This document shows, piece by piece, positions 53,458-62,737 of a DNA stretch of 64,000 nt (positions are counted from its first letter, which is position 1; each line of letters starts with the position of its first letter). The notes under the pieces are model-generated. The model had not been told where the DNA came from. It saw only the letters and a list, made by a program, of their open reading frames with translations, and did not search any database. The stretch is taken from sequence record PZ049694.1; one strand, 5' to 3'. This DNA is from a phage. A program made the translations under genes and the position numbers.

Positions 53458-54414
53458 TTATTTGAAAGGTTTTACCATATGGAAATTTTGTTTGAAACGT
53501 TTTACGTAATCGTCGTGTCCTAAGCTTTGGTACATACTTACTACTTTGCTATAATTTTCCCAAGCGAACTCACGGAACCATCCTGATGTGATTGATGTAC
53601 AGACCTTTTCCAATGCCATCATGAAACTGGCTTCAGGGTTAATTTTAAAGTCATTAGGAATCTGAGAACGTTCTAACGCTAGTACACATGATTCTTCATA
53701 TACACCGGCCAATTTGACAATTTCTGGTAACGATTCGAACTTCTCGCGTGAGGTCATGACTTCAGAACCGTCTTTCATATAAAATGTATAAGCCGGACGG
53801 TCTGTTAGTGCAATGGCTTCATGAATAGTATCATGGTCATACGTATAGATGTCATCTTTAAAGAACGCACTTTTAGAAGTGTCAAGAACTGGGTGAGCAT
53901 AGTTCAAGGTTTCTTTCTGGCGTTTCAGCATAATTTCAGTAAGTTCATCGTTCAGTGTAACACCTTTACCACGAAGATACTGAATATGGTTCATAGTCTT
54001 TAAAAAGAATGGATTATTTTTCTTGAAACGATGAGACATCTTAATTGCAAGACATATCTCAGGAGTTGCCCAGTAAAACCCGTTCAAACGGTCTTTAGTC
54101 AAATTTTTCTTGGCGTATTTTAAAAGGTCATAAGAAGACGTGAAATCTTCAGGAGTGAGTTCACCTACTAATTCACGGACATTAGTGATTGCCGGAACAA
54201 TATATGCTTCAAAATGAGTTTCGCGTCCATTATGGAAGCATTTGAAAACTTGGACATCAGGGTTATCTTGGTGAACATATACACCCATCATTTGATTTTT
54301 GAATGCGTTCCAAGAACCTTGGTCCGCAATAAAGTCCCAATCGCTATTTTTGATAGCGCTAGAATCAATAAGACCGTGATAGTGAAGTGCACGAGAACCA
54401 ATAACTAACATCAT
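53458..54414 (-). CDS. hypothetical protein (318 aa), possibly nucleotidyltransferase-like
   Basis: N-terminal GSRAL...DWDF loosely fits the G[GS]...DxD pattern. Confidence 0.45.
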   Translation of the reverse strand: MMLVIGSRALHYHGLIDSSAIKNSDWDFIADQGSWNAFKNQMMGVYVHQDNPDVQVFKCFHNGRETHFEAYIVPAITNVRELVGELTPEDFTSSYDLLKYAKKNLTKDRLNGFYWATPEICLAIKMSHRFKKNNPFFLKTMNHIQYLRGKGVTLNDELTEIMLKRQKETLNYAHPVLDTSKSAFFKDDIYTYDHDTIHEAIALTDRPAYTFYMKDGSEVMTSREKFESLPEIVKLAGVYEESCVLALERSQIPNDFKINPEASFMMALEKVCTSITSGWFREFAWENYSKVVSMYQSLGHDDYVKRFKQNFHMVKPFK

Positions 54415-54438
54415 AATATTTTCCTCGGATTAATTAAC

Positions 54439-54690
54439 TTAAATTTCACGACATGCGATATTATATTCATCCCAGAGGTCATCGTGTGAAGCCTCTACCA
54501 ATGGAACGATTGTACCATTTATGTCTTCATTATAAGGGCAAATTGTACAGTGCGCATCTTCGAATCGGATACCTTTGTGTTCAGATTTTTTATAACGCAT
54601 ATCGAATATCTTTGCAAATTTTTCACGAGTAATGGTTTTACCAACCACTTTGGTTCCGATACTTTCGTAATAAATCATTGTGGACTCCAT
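54439..54690 (-). CDS. hypothetical protein (83 aa)
   Basis: Minus-strand ORF. Confidence 0.45.
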   Translation of the reverse strand: MESTMIYYESIGTKVVGKTITREKFAKIFDMRYKKSEHKGIRFEDAHCTICPYNEDINGTIVPLVEASHDDLWDEYNIACREI

Positions 54691-54706
54691 TTAATTTGAT
54701 AGGACT

Positions 54707-54735
54707 ACTATAACATAGCCCTATCTTGTTGTAAA
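54707..54735 (-). promoter_or_regulatory. early-type sigma70 promoter cassette
   Basis: Minus strand -35 TTTACA, 17-bp spacer, -10 TATAGT. Confidence 0.5.
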
Positions 54736-54740
54736 CTGTT

Positions 54741-54938
54741 TTAGCAAGAATAACTAGACGATACCCAGCCTTGAACAGTGATACTATTGTGGGATAATGA
54801 GATCGCGTCCTGGAGATTCAGACCTGCGTTATCTTCAATCCATAACGTAACTTCTTCGCGTTCTTCTGTTGCAATTTGGAACAGGTTTTCCAGAGCAGCT
54901 ACTGCCGTACGTACAGCACAATCTAATTCACGAGACAT
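54741..54938 (-). CDS. small protein (65 aa), GWxSSSxxC family
   Basis: C-terminus QGWVSSSYSC. Confidence 0.45.
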   Translation of the reverse strand: MSRELDCAVRTAVAALENLFQIATEEREEVTLWIEDNAGLNLQDAISLSHNSITVQGWVSSSYSC

Positions 54939-54947
54939 ATGGTTTCC

Positions 54948-55220
54948 TTAGCAAGTGTGAGAAGATGCGATCCAACCACCAGTTTCGAGGCTTAGGTTGT
55001 AGTCGTATTGGTAAACGTCGGCCCATTCAGCATAGCCGTTTTTTGTACAACGTTCAAGGTCGGCTTTAAGCTGTCCGGGTGAATGATATGTTCCACCCAT
55101 ACCATAAGCTGGATACAAGTCGAATGTTGTGTTTTGTTTATCAGCAATTTCTTTGGCAGCCTCAATAGCTGCATAGATTTTTGCTACAGCTTCGGCCAGT
55201 TCGGTTTGTTCTTTAGACAT
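54948..55220 (-). CDS. small protein (90 aa), GWxSSSxxC family
   Basis: C-terminus GGWIASSHTC. Confidence 0.45.
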   Translation of the reverse strand: MSKEQTELAEAVAKIYAAIEAAKEIADKQNTTFDLYPAYGMGGTYHSPGQLKADLERCTKNGYAEWADVYQYDYNLSLETGGWIASSHTC

Positions 55221-55229
55221 AATGATTCC

Positions 55230-55535
55230 TTAGCACATCGCAGAAGACGAAACCCAAGCACCTTCAGTAATAACGTAACCATTACCTTCACGCTTAACAT
55301 CGCCACCATTATTTTCAATTTCATCTTTCATCCACTGGGATACGATTTCACCCTTAGGATAATAAGTACGACCGCTACCATAATCACCTACAGAAAATGA
55401 TACGGCATATTGGTCCGCGATCTTTGTTGCTTCTTCTTCGATACGTTCAGCTTGATTCAGAAGTTTATAAATTGCATCTGAAGCGGATTTGGCATCATTA
55501 AACTCTGGTACTTTAATTTCAATAATCTTACTCAT
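55230..55535 (-). CDS. small protein (101 aa), GWxSSSxxC family
   Basis: C-terminus GAWVSSSAMC; N-terminus MSK... similar to the 54948 copy. Confidence 0.45.
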   Translation of the reverse strand: MSKIIEIKVPEFNDAKSASDAIYKLLNQAERIEEEATKIADQYAVSFSVGDYGSGRTYYPKGEIVSQWMKDEIENNGGDVKREGNGYVITEGAWVSSSAMC

Positions 55536-55891
55536 TTTCTACATTCCTTAATAAAGTTTTCGATTGTTTCATTTTCACGTCTAGCTAGGAGTTCATTATA
55601 ACTAATCATTTGAGAAGCGTAAACCTTTTTATTTTTCTTGTTATGGTTTATAAAATCGTAGTAAAAATAGACTACAGTACAAAATGATGCGATGGATGCA
55701 AAGGCTTGGGTATACCGTAAGTCCCGCCATTGGTCTATGAATCCGCCAGTGTTACCTATAAATCCTAATACAACTCCGTCAATAAGAAATCCAACTAATC
55801 CAAAGGCAAATCCCATGCCAATACTCATAATAAAAATTAGAATGTTCTCACCAAGAGAAGGCCATACGGTTAAGAGTTGAGGCTTTTGCAT
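55532..55891 (-). CDS. membrane protein (119 aa)
   Basis: Multiple hydrophobic helices. Confidence 0.5.
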   Translation of the reverse strand: MQKPQLLTVWPSLGENILIFIMSIGMGFAFGLVGFLIDGVVLGFIGNTGGFIDQWRDLRYTQAFASIASFCTVVYFYYDFINHNKKNKKVYASQMISYNELLARRENETIENFIKECRK

Positions 55892-56295
55892 CTTATTTCC
55901 TTAACGAATTCCATAGCTTCTTCATATTCATACTTTTTAACAGCTTCATCATACTGAGCTTGGGCTTTTGCGCACTGAACTTTCCACTCACGAACTCGGG
56001 CTCTGTGATGACGGCCTTGGTACCAATATCCCACCCAGTTAATAGGCATTAATAAAAATGGTACAATAAACGACCCGGCTATAATAAGTAAAAACACTGC
56101 ATCAGACGATATAACTTTATTGGAATCTAAAATAGCTCCTATAATCATAAAGATTAAAAATGCTAAAGCTAAAATAGGACCAAACAACACTTCATTAGGA
56201 ATTAATTTACGTTTGTATTCGTATGCCCAGGGCTTAATTGGCATGTACAGGGTTGGCTTTGACATATTCTCTACATTCCATAATAAATTGCTCAA
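55870..56295 (-). CDS. membrane protein (141 aa)
   Basis: Hydrophobic helices; start may be internal. Confidence 0.45.
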   Translation of the reverse strand: MSNLLWNVENMSKPTLYMPIKPWAYEYKRKLIPNEVLFGPILALAFLIFMIIGAILDSNKVISSDAVFLLIIAGSFIVPFLLMPINWVGYWYQGRHHRARVREWKVQCAKAQAQYDEAVKKYEYEEAMEFVKEIRCKSLNS

Positions 56296-56830
56296 GGATT
56301 AAATTGTTAGTGAAATTAGGACTAACAACCATGGTTTCATAAAGCGCATCAATAGCACTTAAAGCATCAACTCTCTTAAGCAAAGGCTTGCCTTCATACA
56401 TAGTTTCAGAATCGACGATTAAAGTGAAGTAGTATTTTTTATTATTGACCAGAACTTCTGTATCAATATAAAACATGTTAGACCTTAAAAGCTTGTCTCT
56501 AAAGCCTACGTAATCATCTGAACGTTCACTGATATATTCCCATTCAGTGTTTAAACAACAAACAGACCACGTAGGAGCAACGAAATCAGTGAATCTAATA
56601 TCATGATCTGCAACTAATTTAGCAATAGCTCCGATATCATGAATCATAATACCTGGGGCTAATAAAGATTTTCGGCGATTTGCATATTCAGTTGTCTCAT
56701 AAGAAGCTGACCAGTACCATTTACGTCCAGTTGCAACATATCGTAATGAATCAACTAAAGACGTAGGTGGATTTACCTTATTTCGGAACTCTTCGAACAT
56801 TGAGTCAATATCATTATTTTGGTTTCGCAT
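56234..56830 (-). CDS. hypothetical protein (about 198 aa)
   Basis: Track TTG start trimmed to ATG with AAGGAG SD. Confidence 0.5.
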   Translation of the reverse strand: MRNQNNDIDSMFEEFRNKVNPPTSLVDSLRYVATGRKWYWSASYETTEYANRRKSLLAPGIMIHDIGAIAKLVADHDIRFTDFVAPTWSVCCLNTEWEYISERSDDYVGFRDKLLRSNMFYIDTEVLVNNKKYYFTLIVDSETMYEGKPLLKRVDALSAIDALYETMVVSPNFTNNLILEQFIMECREYVKANPVHAN

Positions 56831-56853
56831 GTTAACTCCTTTATTATCCAAAA

Positions 56854-56871
56854 GGAGGACCGGAGTCCTCC
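56854..56871. other. intergenic stem-loop
   Basis: ggaggac-cgga-gtcctcc with U-rich flanks on both strands. Confidence 0.4.
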
Positions 56872-56879
56872 GTATTATT

Positions 56880-57473
56880 TTATTTCAAAGAGTTAATATA
56901 TTCTTGTACATCGGCAGAAGTGGTTTCGACACCGGTTGGAGTGCCATTGAACGTTTCAACACGAGTCAGAGTGTCTTCGATATCAACCTTAGTCAGTGCA
57001 GCGATTTCAATTACATCATCAGCCGTAGAGATACCAAGGGCATTAGCTGCTCGAGTTTCACGAATGTATTCGAGTTTGATTGCCAGGTTCTGACGAGCAT
57101 CGTCAAGTTCAACCACCTTACGAGCAATTTCAATTCGCATAGCGGCATACCCGTCAGCTTTTGTATTAAGTTGTTCGGCAGTTCGACGATACAGAAGACC
57201 AAGCTTGGCATGCATGGTAACATCTTGTCCTTCAGCCAGGAGCTTACGAATTTCACGTTCCTTAGAAGCGGCTTGCTTATTCTTTTCAATAACAAGTTCG
57301 CGAATACGTTTTTCTTCATTAATAGATTTAACAGAAGCCGTTTTTAGTTCTTTGATTTGGGTAATCAACTTATCTGCAGCTGCGTTATACTGTTCTTCGA
57401 CAGTCAGATTTTTAGCCATAGCAGTACCCAGTTTAGTGCGGATGAATTCAACAAGTTTCTTCAGTGTGTTCAT
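56880..57473 (-). CDS. coiled-coil protein (about 197 aa)
   Basis: Track TTG start trimmed to internal ATG; heptad-rich throughout. Confidence 0.5.
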   Translation of the reverse strand: MNTLKKLVEFIRTKLGTAMAKNLTVEEQYNAAADKLITQIKELKTASVKSINEEKRIRELVIEKNKQAASKEREIRKLLAEGQDVTMHAKLGLLYRRTAEQLNTKADGYAAMRIEIARKVVELDDARQNLAIKLEYIRETRAANALGISTADDVIEIAALTKVDIEDTLTRVETFNGTPTGVETTSADVQEYINSLK

Positions 57474-57497
57474 ATTATTACCTTTCAATTGGTGGTT

Positions 57498-57543
57498 TAT
57501 TATCCAATGAGAGCATTATACTCTGCTCTCAAGAGTTTGTAAA
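57498..57543 (-). repeat. promoter/stem-loop cassette, copy 2
   Basis: ttattatccaatgagagcattatactctgctctcaagagtttgt; minus strand -35 TTTACA, 17 bp, -10 TATAAT; near-identical to 27320-27368. Confidence 0.65.
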
Positions 57544-57771
57544 TTATTTTTTAATCAAATTAACATAAAACTTGGCGTCTTCGGGGTGCATGCCTTCGCA
57601 GTATTCTTCAACCATGAACTTCTTAACAGCTTCATAAGGACCACTCAGATTAAGCTCGGTTGTCCAGAACTTGGAATCTTGGACTGAATCGATACGAACT
57701 TCAGGGTGACGGTTGCGAATAACTTCTTCGGTGTATTCATAATCAACGACATCAATACTAACTGTAGCCAT
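57544..57771 (-). CDS. hypothetical protein (75 aa)
   Basis: Minus-strand ORF. Confidence 0.45.
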   Translation of the reverse strand: MATVSIDVVDYEYTEEVIRNRHPEVRIDSVQDSKFWTTELNLSGPYEAVKKFMVEEYCEGMHPEDAKFYVNLIKK

Positions 57772-57799
57772 TTTGTTTTCCTCTTGATTTGATAGGACT

Positions 57800-57828
57800 A
57801 CTATAACATAAACTTACTTAGATGTAAA
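57800..57828 (-). promoter_or_regulatory. early-type sigma70 promoter cassette
   Basis: Minus strand -35 TTTACA, 17-bp spacer, -10 TATAGT. Confidence 0.5.
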
Positions 57829-57982
57829 TTATTTCAACGTCACCTTTAGCTGCTTTATAACCTTCAGCCCAAGATACAACAGAGTTTTTATCTGAGGATT
57901 CAAATTCAGGCATTGGGCTTTCGCCAATGTTCACACAGTATGTTTCTTCATTTTCGTCAAACCAAATAATTAAAGTAGTCAT
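57818..57982 (-). CDS. hypothetical protein (about 54 aa)
   Basis: Track ORF trimmed to internal ATG with AGGAG SD. Confidence 0.4.
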   Translation of the reverse strand: MTTLIIWFDENEETYCVNIGESPMPEFESSDKNSVVSWAEGYKAAKGDVEIIYI

Positions 57983-58012
57983 TTTGTTTACTCCTCTGTA
58001 GTTGATAAGTCT

Positions 58013-58042
58013 ATAGTAACACCGTCCTTGGCGTTTGTACAT
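58013..58042 (-). promoter_or_regulatory. early-type sigma70 promoter cassette
   Basis: Minus strand -35 TGTACA, about 17-bp spacer, -10 TACTAT. Confidence 0.45.
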
Positions 58043-58545
58043 CATTTATTTTTAATTTTGCAAATTTTTTCTGCTTCAGCAATTGCAGCGTCAATGATGC
58101 TTTGTGCAATTTTATTACTAGTTGACCTGGCAATCACACTAAGAACAATTTCTTTTTCTTCACCACCCCAACCCCAAGTCCTTTGTTCGTGGGTACCTTT
58201 AACTACAGCTGAAACTTCAACAGAACGTCCACCATCAGAAGTTTTAACATCTACAACCCAATCACCATCTTTCTCTTCTACCCTTGATTTATCCCAAGAA
58301 ATACTAATATATGATTCGCTGTCAATAGAAGTCGCCGGGTTTTTCTCTACCGTAAGACCTTCACTTTCCAGCCATTCAATAGTATTTGCGCATAAATCAG
58401 AAGAACACCTCATCGGAAACCGGCAAGATTTTTCACCTTTAGATGCTGCATCGTACATCTTTTCCAAAATACGCTTTTGCACGTTTTTAAAAATAGTTTC
58501 AGCGGATTCTTCAGATTTTTTATTCAGTTCAGTGTAAAGACTCAT
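58042..58545 (-). CDS. hypothetical protein (167 aa)
   Basis: Minus-strand ORF. Confidence 0.5.
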   Translation of the reverse strand: MSLYTELNKKSEESAETIFKNVQKRILEKMYDAASKGEKSCRFPMRCSSDLCANTIEWLESEGLTVEKNPATSIDSESYISISWDKSRVEEKDGDWVVDVKTSDGGRSVEVSAVVKGTHEQRTWGWGGEEKEIVLSVIARSTSNKIAQSIIDAAIAEAEKICKIKNK

Positions 58546-58573
58546 AATATTCTCCTCATGTTTTAATAGGACT

Positions 58574-58602
58574 ATAGTAACACATCTAGGGAAGAAGTAA
58601 AC
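58574..58602 (-). promoter_or_regulatory. early-type sigma70 promoter cassette
   Basis: Minus strand -35 GTTTAC, 17-bp spacer, -10 TACTAT. Confidence 0.5.
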
Positions 58603-58633
58603 AACTTTTTCAGTAAGTTATAGACCCCCTAAT

Positions 58634-58649
58634 GGGGACCGAAGTCCCC
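58634..58649 (-). other. UUCG-tetraloop hairpin downstream of the IPIII-like gene
   Basis: ggggac-cgaa-gtcccc; lacks a clear U-run on the minus strand. Confidence 0.4.
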
Positions 58650-58654
58650 ATTCT

Positions 58655-59281
58655 TTACTTACGAGTTTTTGCATACTGAGCAGCGTCAGCAGCCAAACGA
58701 CCTGCCTGACGAAGTTTTTCTTTAATCGCATCGTGAAGTGGTTGAGTATACTTCAAACCTTCGATAGTCAAATAAAGACGATAAAGGTCTGGGGTATCAA
58801 GGTTGTTGATATGTTGGCCATTACGAAGACTGTTGAATTCACGAACGAGTGAAGATGTATCGGATTCAATATCACGAACAAGCGAAGATAGTTGTTTATA
58901 TTTTTTTTCCAGGCTAGAAGTATCAAACTTAAGAGCAGGAGCTTTAGGAGTTGCTTTTACTTCCGGCTTAGGCTCAGGTTTTGCTATTGCTTTAGGGGTC
59001 GCAGGTTTAGGAACGGTAGGAGCAGGTTTTACTTTAGGCGAACCCGATTTAGCAGAAACACCGCCACTAACAATATCTTTGAATGCTTTAGAAGCTCTGT
59101 AATATTCTTTTTGGCTGGAAGTGTCGATACCATACATGGCTTGAACGTTTTTGAAAAACTCTGTACTAGTTTTTGTACCAGAAATAGCATCGTAAGCAGC
59201 TTGCCATTTCTCTTTTGTCATACGTACACCGGCTTCGGTGATTACTTCCGTTTCGGCTAAAAATTCATTAAAAGTATACAT
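58655..59281 (-). CDS. internal head protein (IPIII-like)
   Basis: 208 aa; N-terminal MYTFNEFLAE capsid-targeting-type leader; Lys/Pro/Ala-rich middle; late promoter upstream. Confidence 0.6.
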   Translation of the reverse strand: MYTFNEFLAETEVITEAGVRMTKEKWQAAYDAISGTKTSTEFFKNVQAMYGIDTSSQKEYYRASKAFKDIVSGGVSAKSGSPKVKPAPTVPKPATPKAIAKPEPKPEVKATPKAPALKFDTSSLEKKYKQLSSLVRDIESDTSSLVREFNSLRNGQHINNLDTPDLYRLYLTIEGLKYTQPLHDAIKEKLRQAGRLAADAAQYAKTRK

Positions 59282-59316
59282 TGATGGTCCTTAGAAAGTA
59301 GGTTTATTGTTTACTA

Positions 59317-59324
59317 TATTTATA
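59317..59324 (-). promoter_or_regulatory. T4-type late promoter (TATAAATA)
   Basis: Plus strand tatttata about 36 nt upstream of the IPIII-like start. Confidence 0.55.
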
Positions 59325-59325
59325 C

Positions 59326-59354
59326 AAAAAAGCCCCAACCTTTCGGAAGGGGCT
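59326..59354 (-). terminator. rho-independent terminator
   Basis: agcccc...ggggct hairpin followed on the minus strand by U5-6; closes the tRNA-region transcript. Confidence 0.6.
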
Positions 59355-59397
59355 ATATACCTTGTCGGGGTTTCCACCTACTAAGGCAAGTGTTTGT

Positions 59398-59489
59398 ACG
59401 AAACGCCGGGATTCGAACCCGGTTATTAAGCAGTTGACGCTACTCAATATTTTTAAAAGGCCATATCTCGACCATATCCGAACGTTCCG
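59398..59489 (-). ncRNA. tRNA-like element (T-arm plus acceptor-like pairing), non-canonical
   Basis: Perfect T-arm CCGGG-TTCGAAT-CCCGG on the minus strand with flanking CGGAACG/CGTTTCG pairing; D and anticodon arms do not fold canonically. Confidence 0.25.
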
Positions 59490-59657
59490 TCAAAAACGCT
59501 ACTCGGCTTACGGCAAAGATATTTCCTCGAATCGGTAATTCTTTGCGCCGTTTCTGCTGTGATGTAAGGGGATATTAACAAATCATAAAGATTTATTAAG
59601 ACAAGTCCTTACTCAGGGAACATCAGTCCGACGACTTGCCGGTAGCGACCCGGCTTC

Positions 59658-60002
59658 TTATTTTGACATATCATCAATTTGTTCTCTACGTCTACGCCAT
59701 AGATTAATTACTTCATCAACACATTCAGCATTTGGTATATGACGACAATAGTATAGTGATTCGCGTTTCTGGAACCGATGTTGTAATGGAATTTCGTTTA
59801 AAAGGTCTTTACGGTCAAAGTATTCAAAACTAGTTAACCCGGAACGGTTTTTAAGAAACTTCCAATGTCCGAATTCATTTTGAAAATAGACATAATCAGC
59901 ATGCTGATACAGCGAATTAATTAACCTATCGGAAATAACTGTTTCACGTTCGTTAAAATAAAACGTTAAGTCATGAACTACCAGATAAATATTGCCTTTC
60001 AT
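59658..60002 (-). CDS. hypothetical protein (about 114 aa) within the tRNA region
   Basis: Track TTG start overlaps tRNA-Arg; trimmed to internal ATG with GAGGAAA SD. Confidence 0.4.
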   Translation of the reverse strand: MKGNIYLVVHDLTFYFNERETVISDRLINSLYQHADYVYFQNEFGHWKFLKNRSGLTSFEYFDRKDLLNEIPLQHRFQKRESLYYCRHIPNAECVDEVINLWRRRREQIDDMSK

Positions 60003-60020
60003 ATTTTCCTCACTTAAAGT

Positions 60021-60097
<77 letters not shown>

Positions 60098-60100
60098 GAT

Positions 60101-60175
60101 TGGTGACCCTGGCTGGTTTCGATCCAGCTACCTATCAGTTATGAGCTGACAGCTCTCCCATTGAGCTACAGGGCC
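60101..60175 (-). tRNA. tRNA with CAU anticodon (Ile-lysidine type or Met)
   Basis: 75 nt cloverleaf: acceptor GGCCCTG/CAGGGTC, D-arm GCTC...GAGC, anticodon loop CTCATAA, T-arm GCTGG...CCAGC, encoded CCA. Confidence 0.8.
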
Positions 60176-60254
60176 TAAATAACTTTCTATTATGAAAGGC
60201 ACTTTAGAGCACCTTTGGTAATAGAGGGTATGAATTAATAATAACACATAATTC

Positions 60255-60770
60255 TTAAAGCAAATCAATCATTTTAACAGTCGGCAAAACAATTTCTTCT
60301 TCAATATAAGCGAATTCAACACGTTCAACTACACGCAAGAAATCATAGTCGTAGTATTCAGAAGCATAGCCAAGAATATCAATAAGGCCTTGGGATATCT
60401 CATCGCCTTTCACAAAGAACAGGTCGAATACACGCGATTCGTCTTCTTCAGATTTATTACCAAGGTCGACTTCAATATCAAAGACCTTTTTAATGAATTC
60501 TGGATAAAGCTGGTCTGAGAACAGTCCTTCAACCAAGTATTCATAGATTAAAAGCGAGCAATCACTGAATGGTGTATTACCACAGTAACGTTCAGCTTTA
60601 GTGCTAGAATGACGACTCTTAAATTTCTTCAAGAGATATTTAAACTGTTGGAGCTCATGCTCTTCTACACCAAATAATGTTTTGGTTTTATAGTTGTCGC
60701 CGTCATTTTCCCAAGTAGTGACATCAATTACGTAACCTTTAGGAATTGTACTGCCTAAACAAATATTCAT
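60255..60770 (-). CDS. hypothetical protein (171 aa)
   Basis: Minus-strand ORF. Confidence 0.5.
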   Translation of the reverse strand: MNICLGSTIPKGYVIDVTTWENDGDNYKTKTLFGVEEHELQQFKYLLKKFKSRHSSTKAERYCGNTPFSDCSLLIYEYLVEGLFSDQLYPEFIKKVFDIEVDLGNKSEEDESRVFDLFFVKGDEISQGLIDILGYASEYYDYDFLRVVERVEFAYIEEEIVLPTVKMIDLL

Positions 60771-60774
60771 TTAC

Positions 60775-61065
60775 TCACCGTACCATATTAATGTAATTAT
60801 ATTCAATGCAACATAATTTCAAAGGATTCTTGAAAATATCATATTCAAGAGGACCTTTTTCTGTTTCAATAAAGAAATCAAAGTTCACACTATTAAATTT
60901 GCGGTCTTCCCAAAGTAATTTAACCTGTGAAGATGAACGGTCGACGTAAACCTTTTCAACTTCAAAGTGGGTCAAAATACCATAGTAATCGACTAGTGCT
61001 TTAGCTGCAGCTCGGTCGCTTTCATATCCATTCTCAACGGATTTTACCTTAGCATAAAGAATCAT
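60775..61065 (-). CDS. hypothetical protein (96 aa)
   Basis: Minus-strand ORF. Confidence 0.45.
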   Translation of the reverse strand: MILYAKVKSVENGYESDRAAAKALVDYYGILTHFEVEKVYVDRSSSQVKLLWEDRKFNSVNFDFFIETEKGPLEYDIFKNPLKLCCIEYNYINMVR

Positions 61066-61442
61066 GAATGTTCCACCATTTCAAAGGTATGAGCATCAAC
61101 AATATGATACCAGTCAAAATTTTCTTCTGCGTTTTTACAAATTTCGCGAAGAGCCTCAACAGTTTTTCCTGTAGCAACAAGGTCGTCAATACCGCCAAGA
61201 GGATAACAGTCGTAACCGGCAAACAGAAGGAAATTAATAGTTTCTGTAGGGGCCGGATGCAGTGTACCATTGTCATCGACTACTTCAAAGAACATATAAC
61301 CAGGCGATTTAGATTTAATCCAAGCCCATGCTTGAGCTGCTGAATCAAATGGTCTGCGTATCAAACGACAATCAGGGTCTTTAGAAGGATTTGCTTCAAA
61401 ATCCGCATATACGTGATATTTCATTTTACTCACCTTTTGCAA
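61062..61442 (-). CDS. hypothetical protein (126 aa)
   Basis: Minus-strand ORF, 4-nt overlap. Confidence 0.5.
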   Translation of the reverse strand: MQKVSKMKYHVYADFEANPSKDPDCRLIRRPFDSAAQAWAWIKSKSPGYMFFEVVDDNGTLHPAPTETINFLLFAGYDCYPLGGIDDLVATGKTVEALREICKNAEENFDWYHIVDAHTFEMVEHS

Positions 61443-61632
61443 TTTTATCCATAACGATAGCGATTAAGCCGATTAGAAATGCTACTACCAATGAGATAGA
61501 ATTTTCTGTTGTTGTCAGTAGTCCACAAATGAATCCTACAAACATCGAAAAACTAAAAGCCATTGAAGCAATTACTACAGCAACATTACGAATCAGTTCA
61601 GCGCGTTTCATTTTATTTCTCCATTTACTCAT
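61426..61632 (-). CDS. small membrane protein (68 aa)
   Basis: Two hydrophobic helices. Confidence 0.45.
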   Translation of the reverse strand: MSKWRNKMKRAELIRNVAVVIASMAFSFSMFVGFICGLLTTTENSISLVVAFLIGLIAIVMDKIAKGE

Positions 61633-61649
61633 TTTGTTTTGATAGGACT

Positions 61650-61678
61650 ACTATAACATAGTCCTATCAGCGTGTAAA
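61650..61678 (-). promoter_or_regulatory. early-type sigma70 promoter cassette
   Basis: Minus strand -35 TTTACA, 17-bp spacer, -10 TATAGT; inverted repeat ataggact...agtcctat. Confidence 0.5.
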
Positions 61679-61682
61679 CTAC

Positions 61683-61970
61683 TTACAGAAGAGTTTTTGC
61701 AATAATTTTAAGCTGAGCTACAGAAATGTGCTTAGCTTTAAACAGTGCAGTCTCTTCAGCCGGAGAGATAACAATAGTAGCGCCATCTTTCTTAGCGGAC
61801 CACCCGTCTCCTAAGTAAACAGTACCTTTTACTTCTTCGCCGTCAGCTAGACTAATCATTGGTTTACCCTCACGGCCTTTGTTTGCTTTAATAACTTCGG
61901 AAGTAAGGGTTGCTTCAGTCAGAGTAGAAACGTTAGCAACAGGTGATATAAATTCTTTATAGGTTTTCAT
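61683..61970 (-). CDS. internal head protein (IPI-like)
   Basis: 95 aa; N-terminal MKTYKEFISP capsid-targeting-type leader. Confidence 0.6.
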   Translation of the reverse strand: MKTYKEFISPVANVSTLTEATLTSEVIKANKGREGKPMISLADGEEVKGTVYLGDGWSAKKDGATIVISPAEETALFKAKHISVAQLKIIAKTLL

Positions 61971-62004
61971 TTTATTTCCTTGAGGTTGTTTATTTGATAG
62001 GATG

Positions 62005-62033
62005 ATAGTAACACACCATCATCCTTATGTAAA
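62005..62033 (-). promoter_or_regulatory. early-type sigma70 promoter cassette
   Basis: Minus strand -35 TTTACA, 17-bp spacer, -10 TACTAT; inverted repeat aggatgat...atcatcct. Confidence 0.5.
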
Positions 62034-62047
62034 CTGTTTTGTGAAAA

Positions 62048-62733
<686 letters not shown>

Positions 62734-62737
62734 TTTA

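Noticed and set aside
59398-59489. Calling this a canonical tRNA (Ser/Leu type)
   Set aside because: T-arm and acceptor pairing are present but I could not fold a D-arm or anticodon arm; kept only as a low-confidence tRNA-like element.
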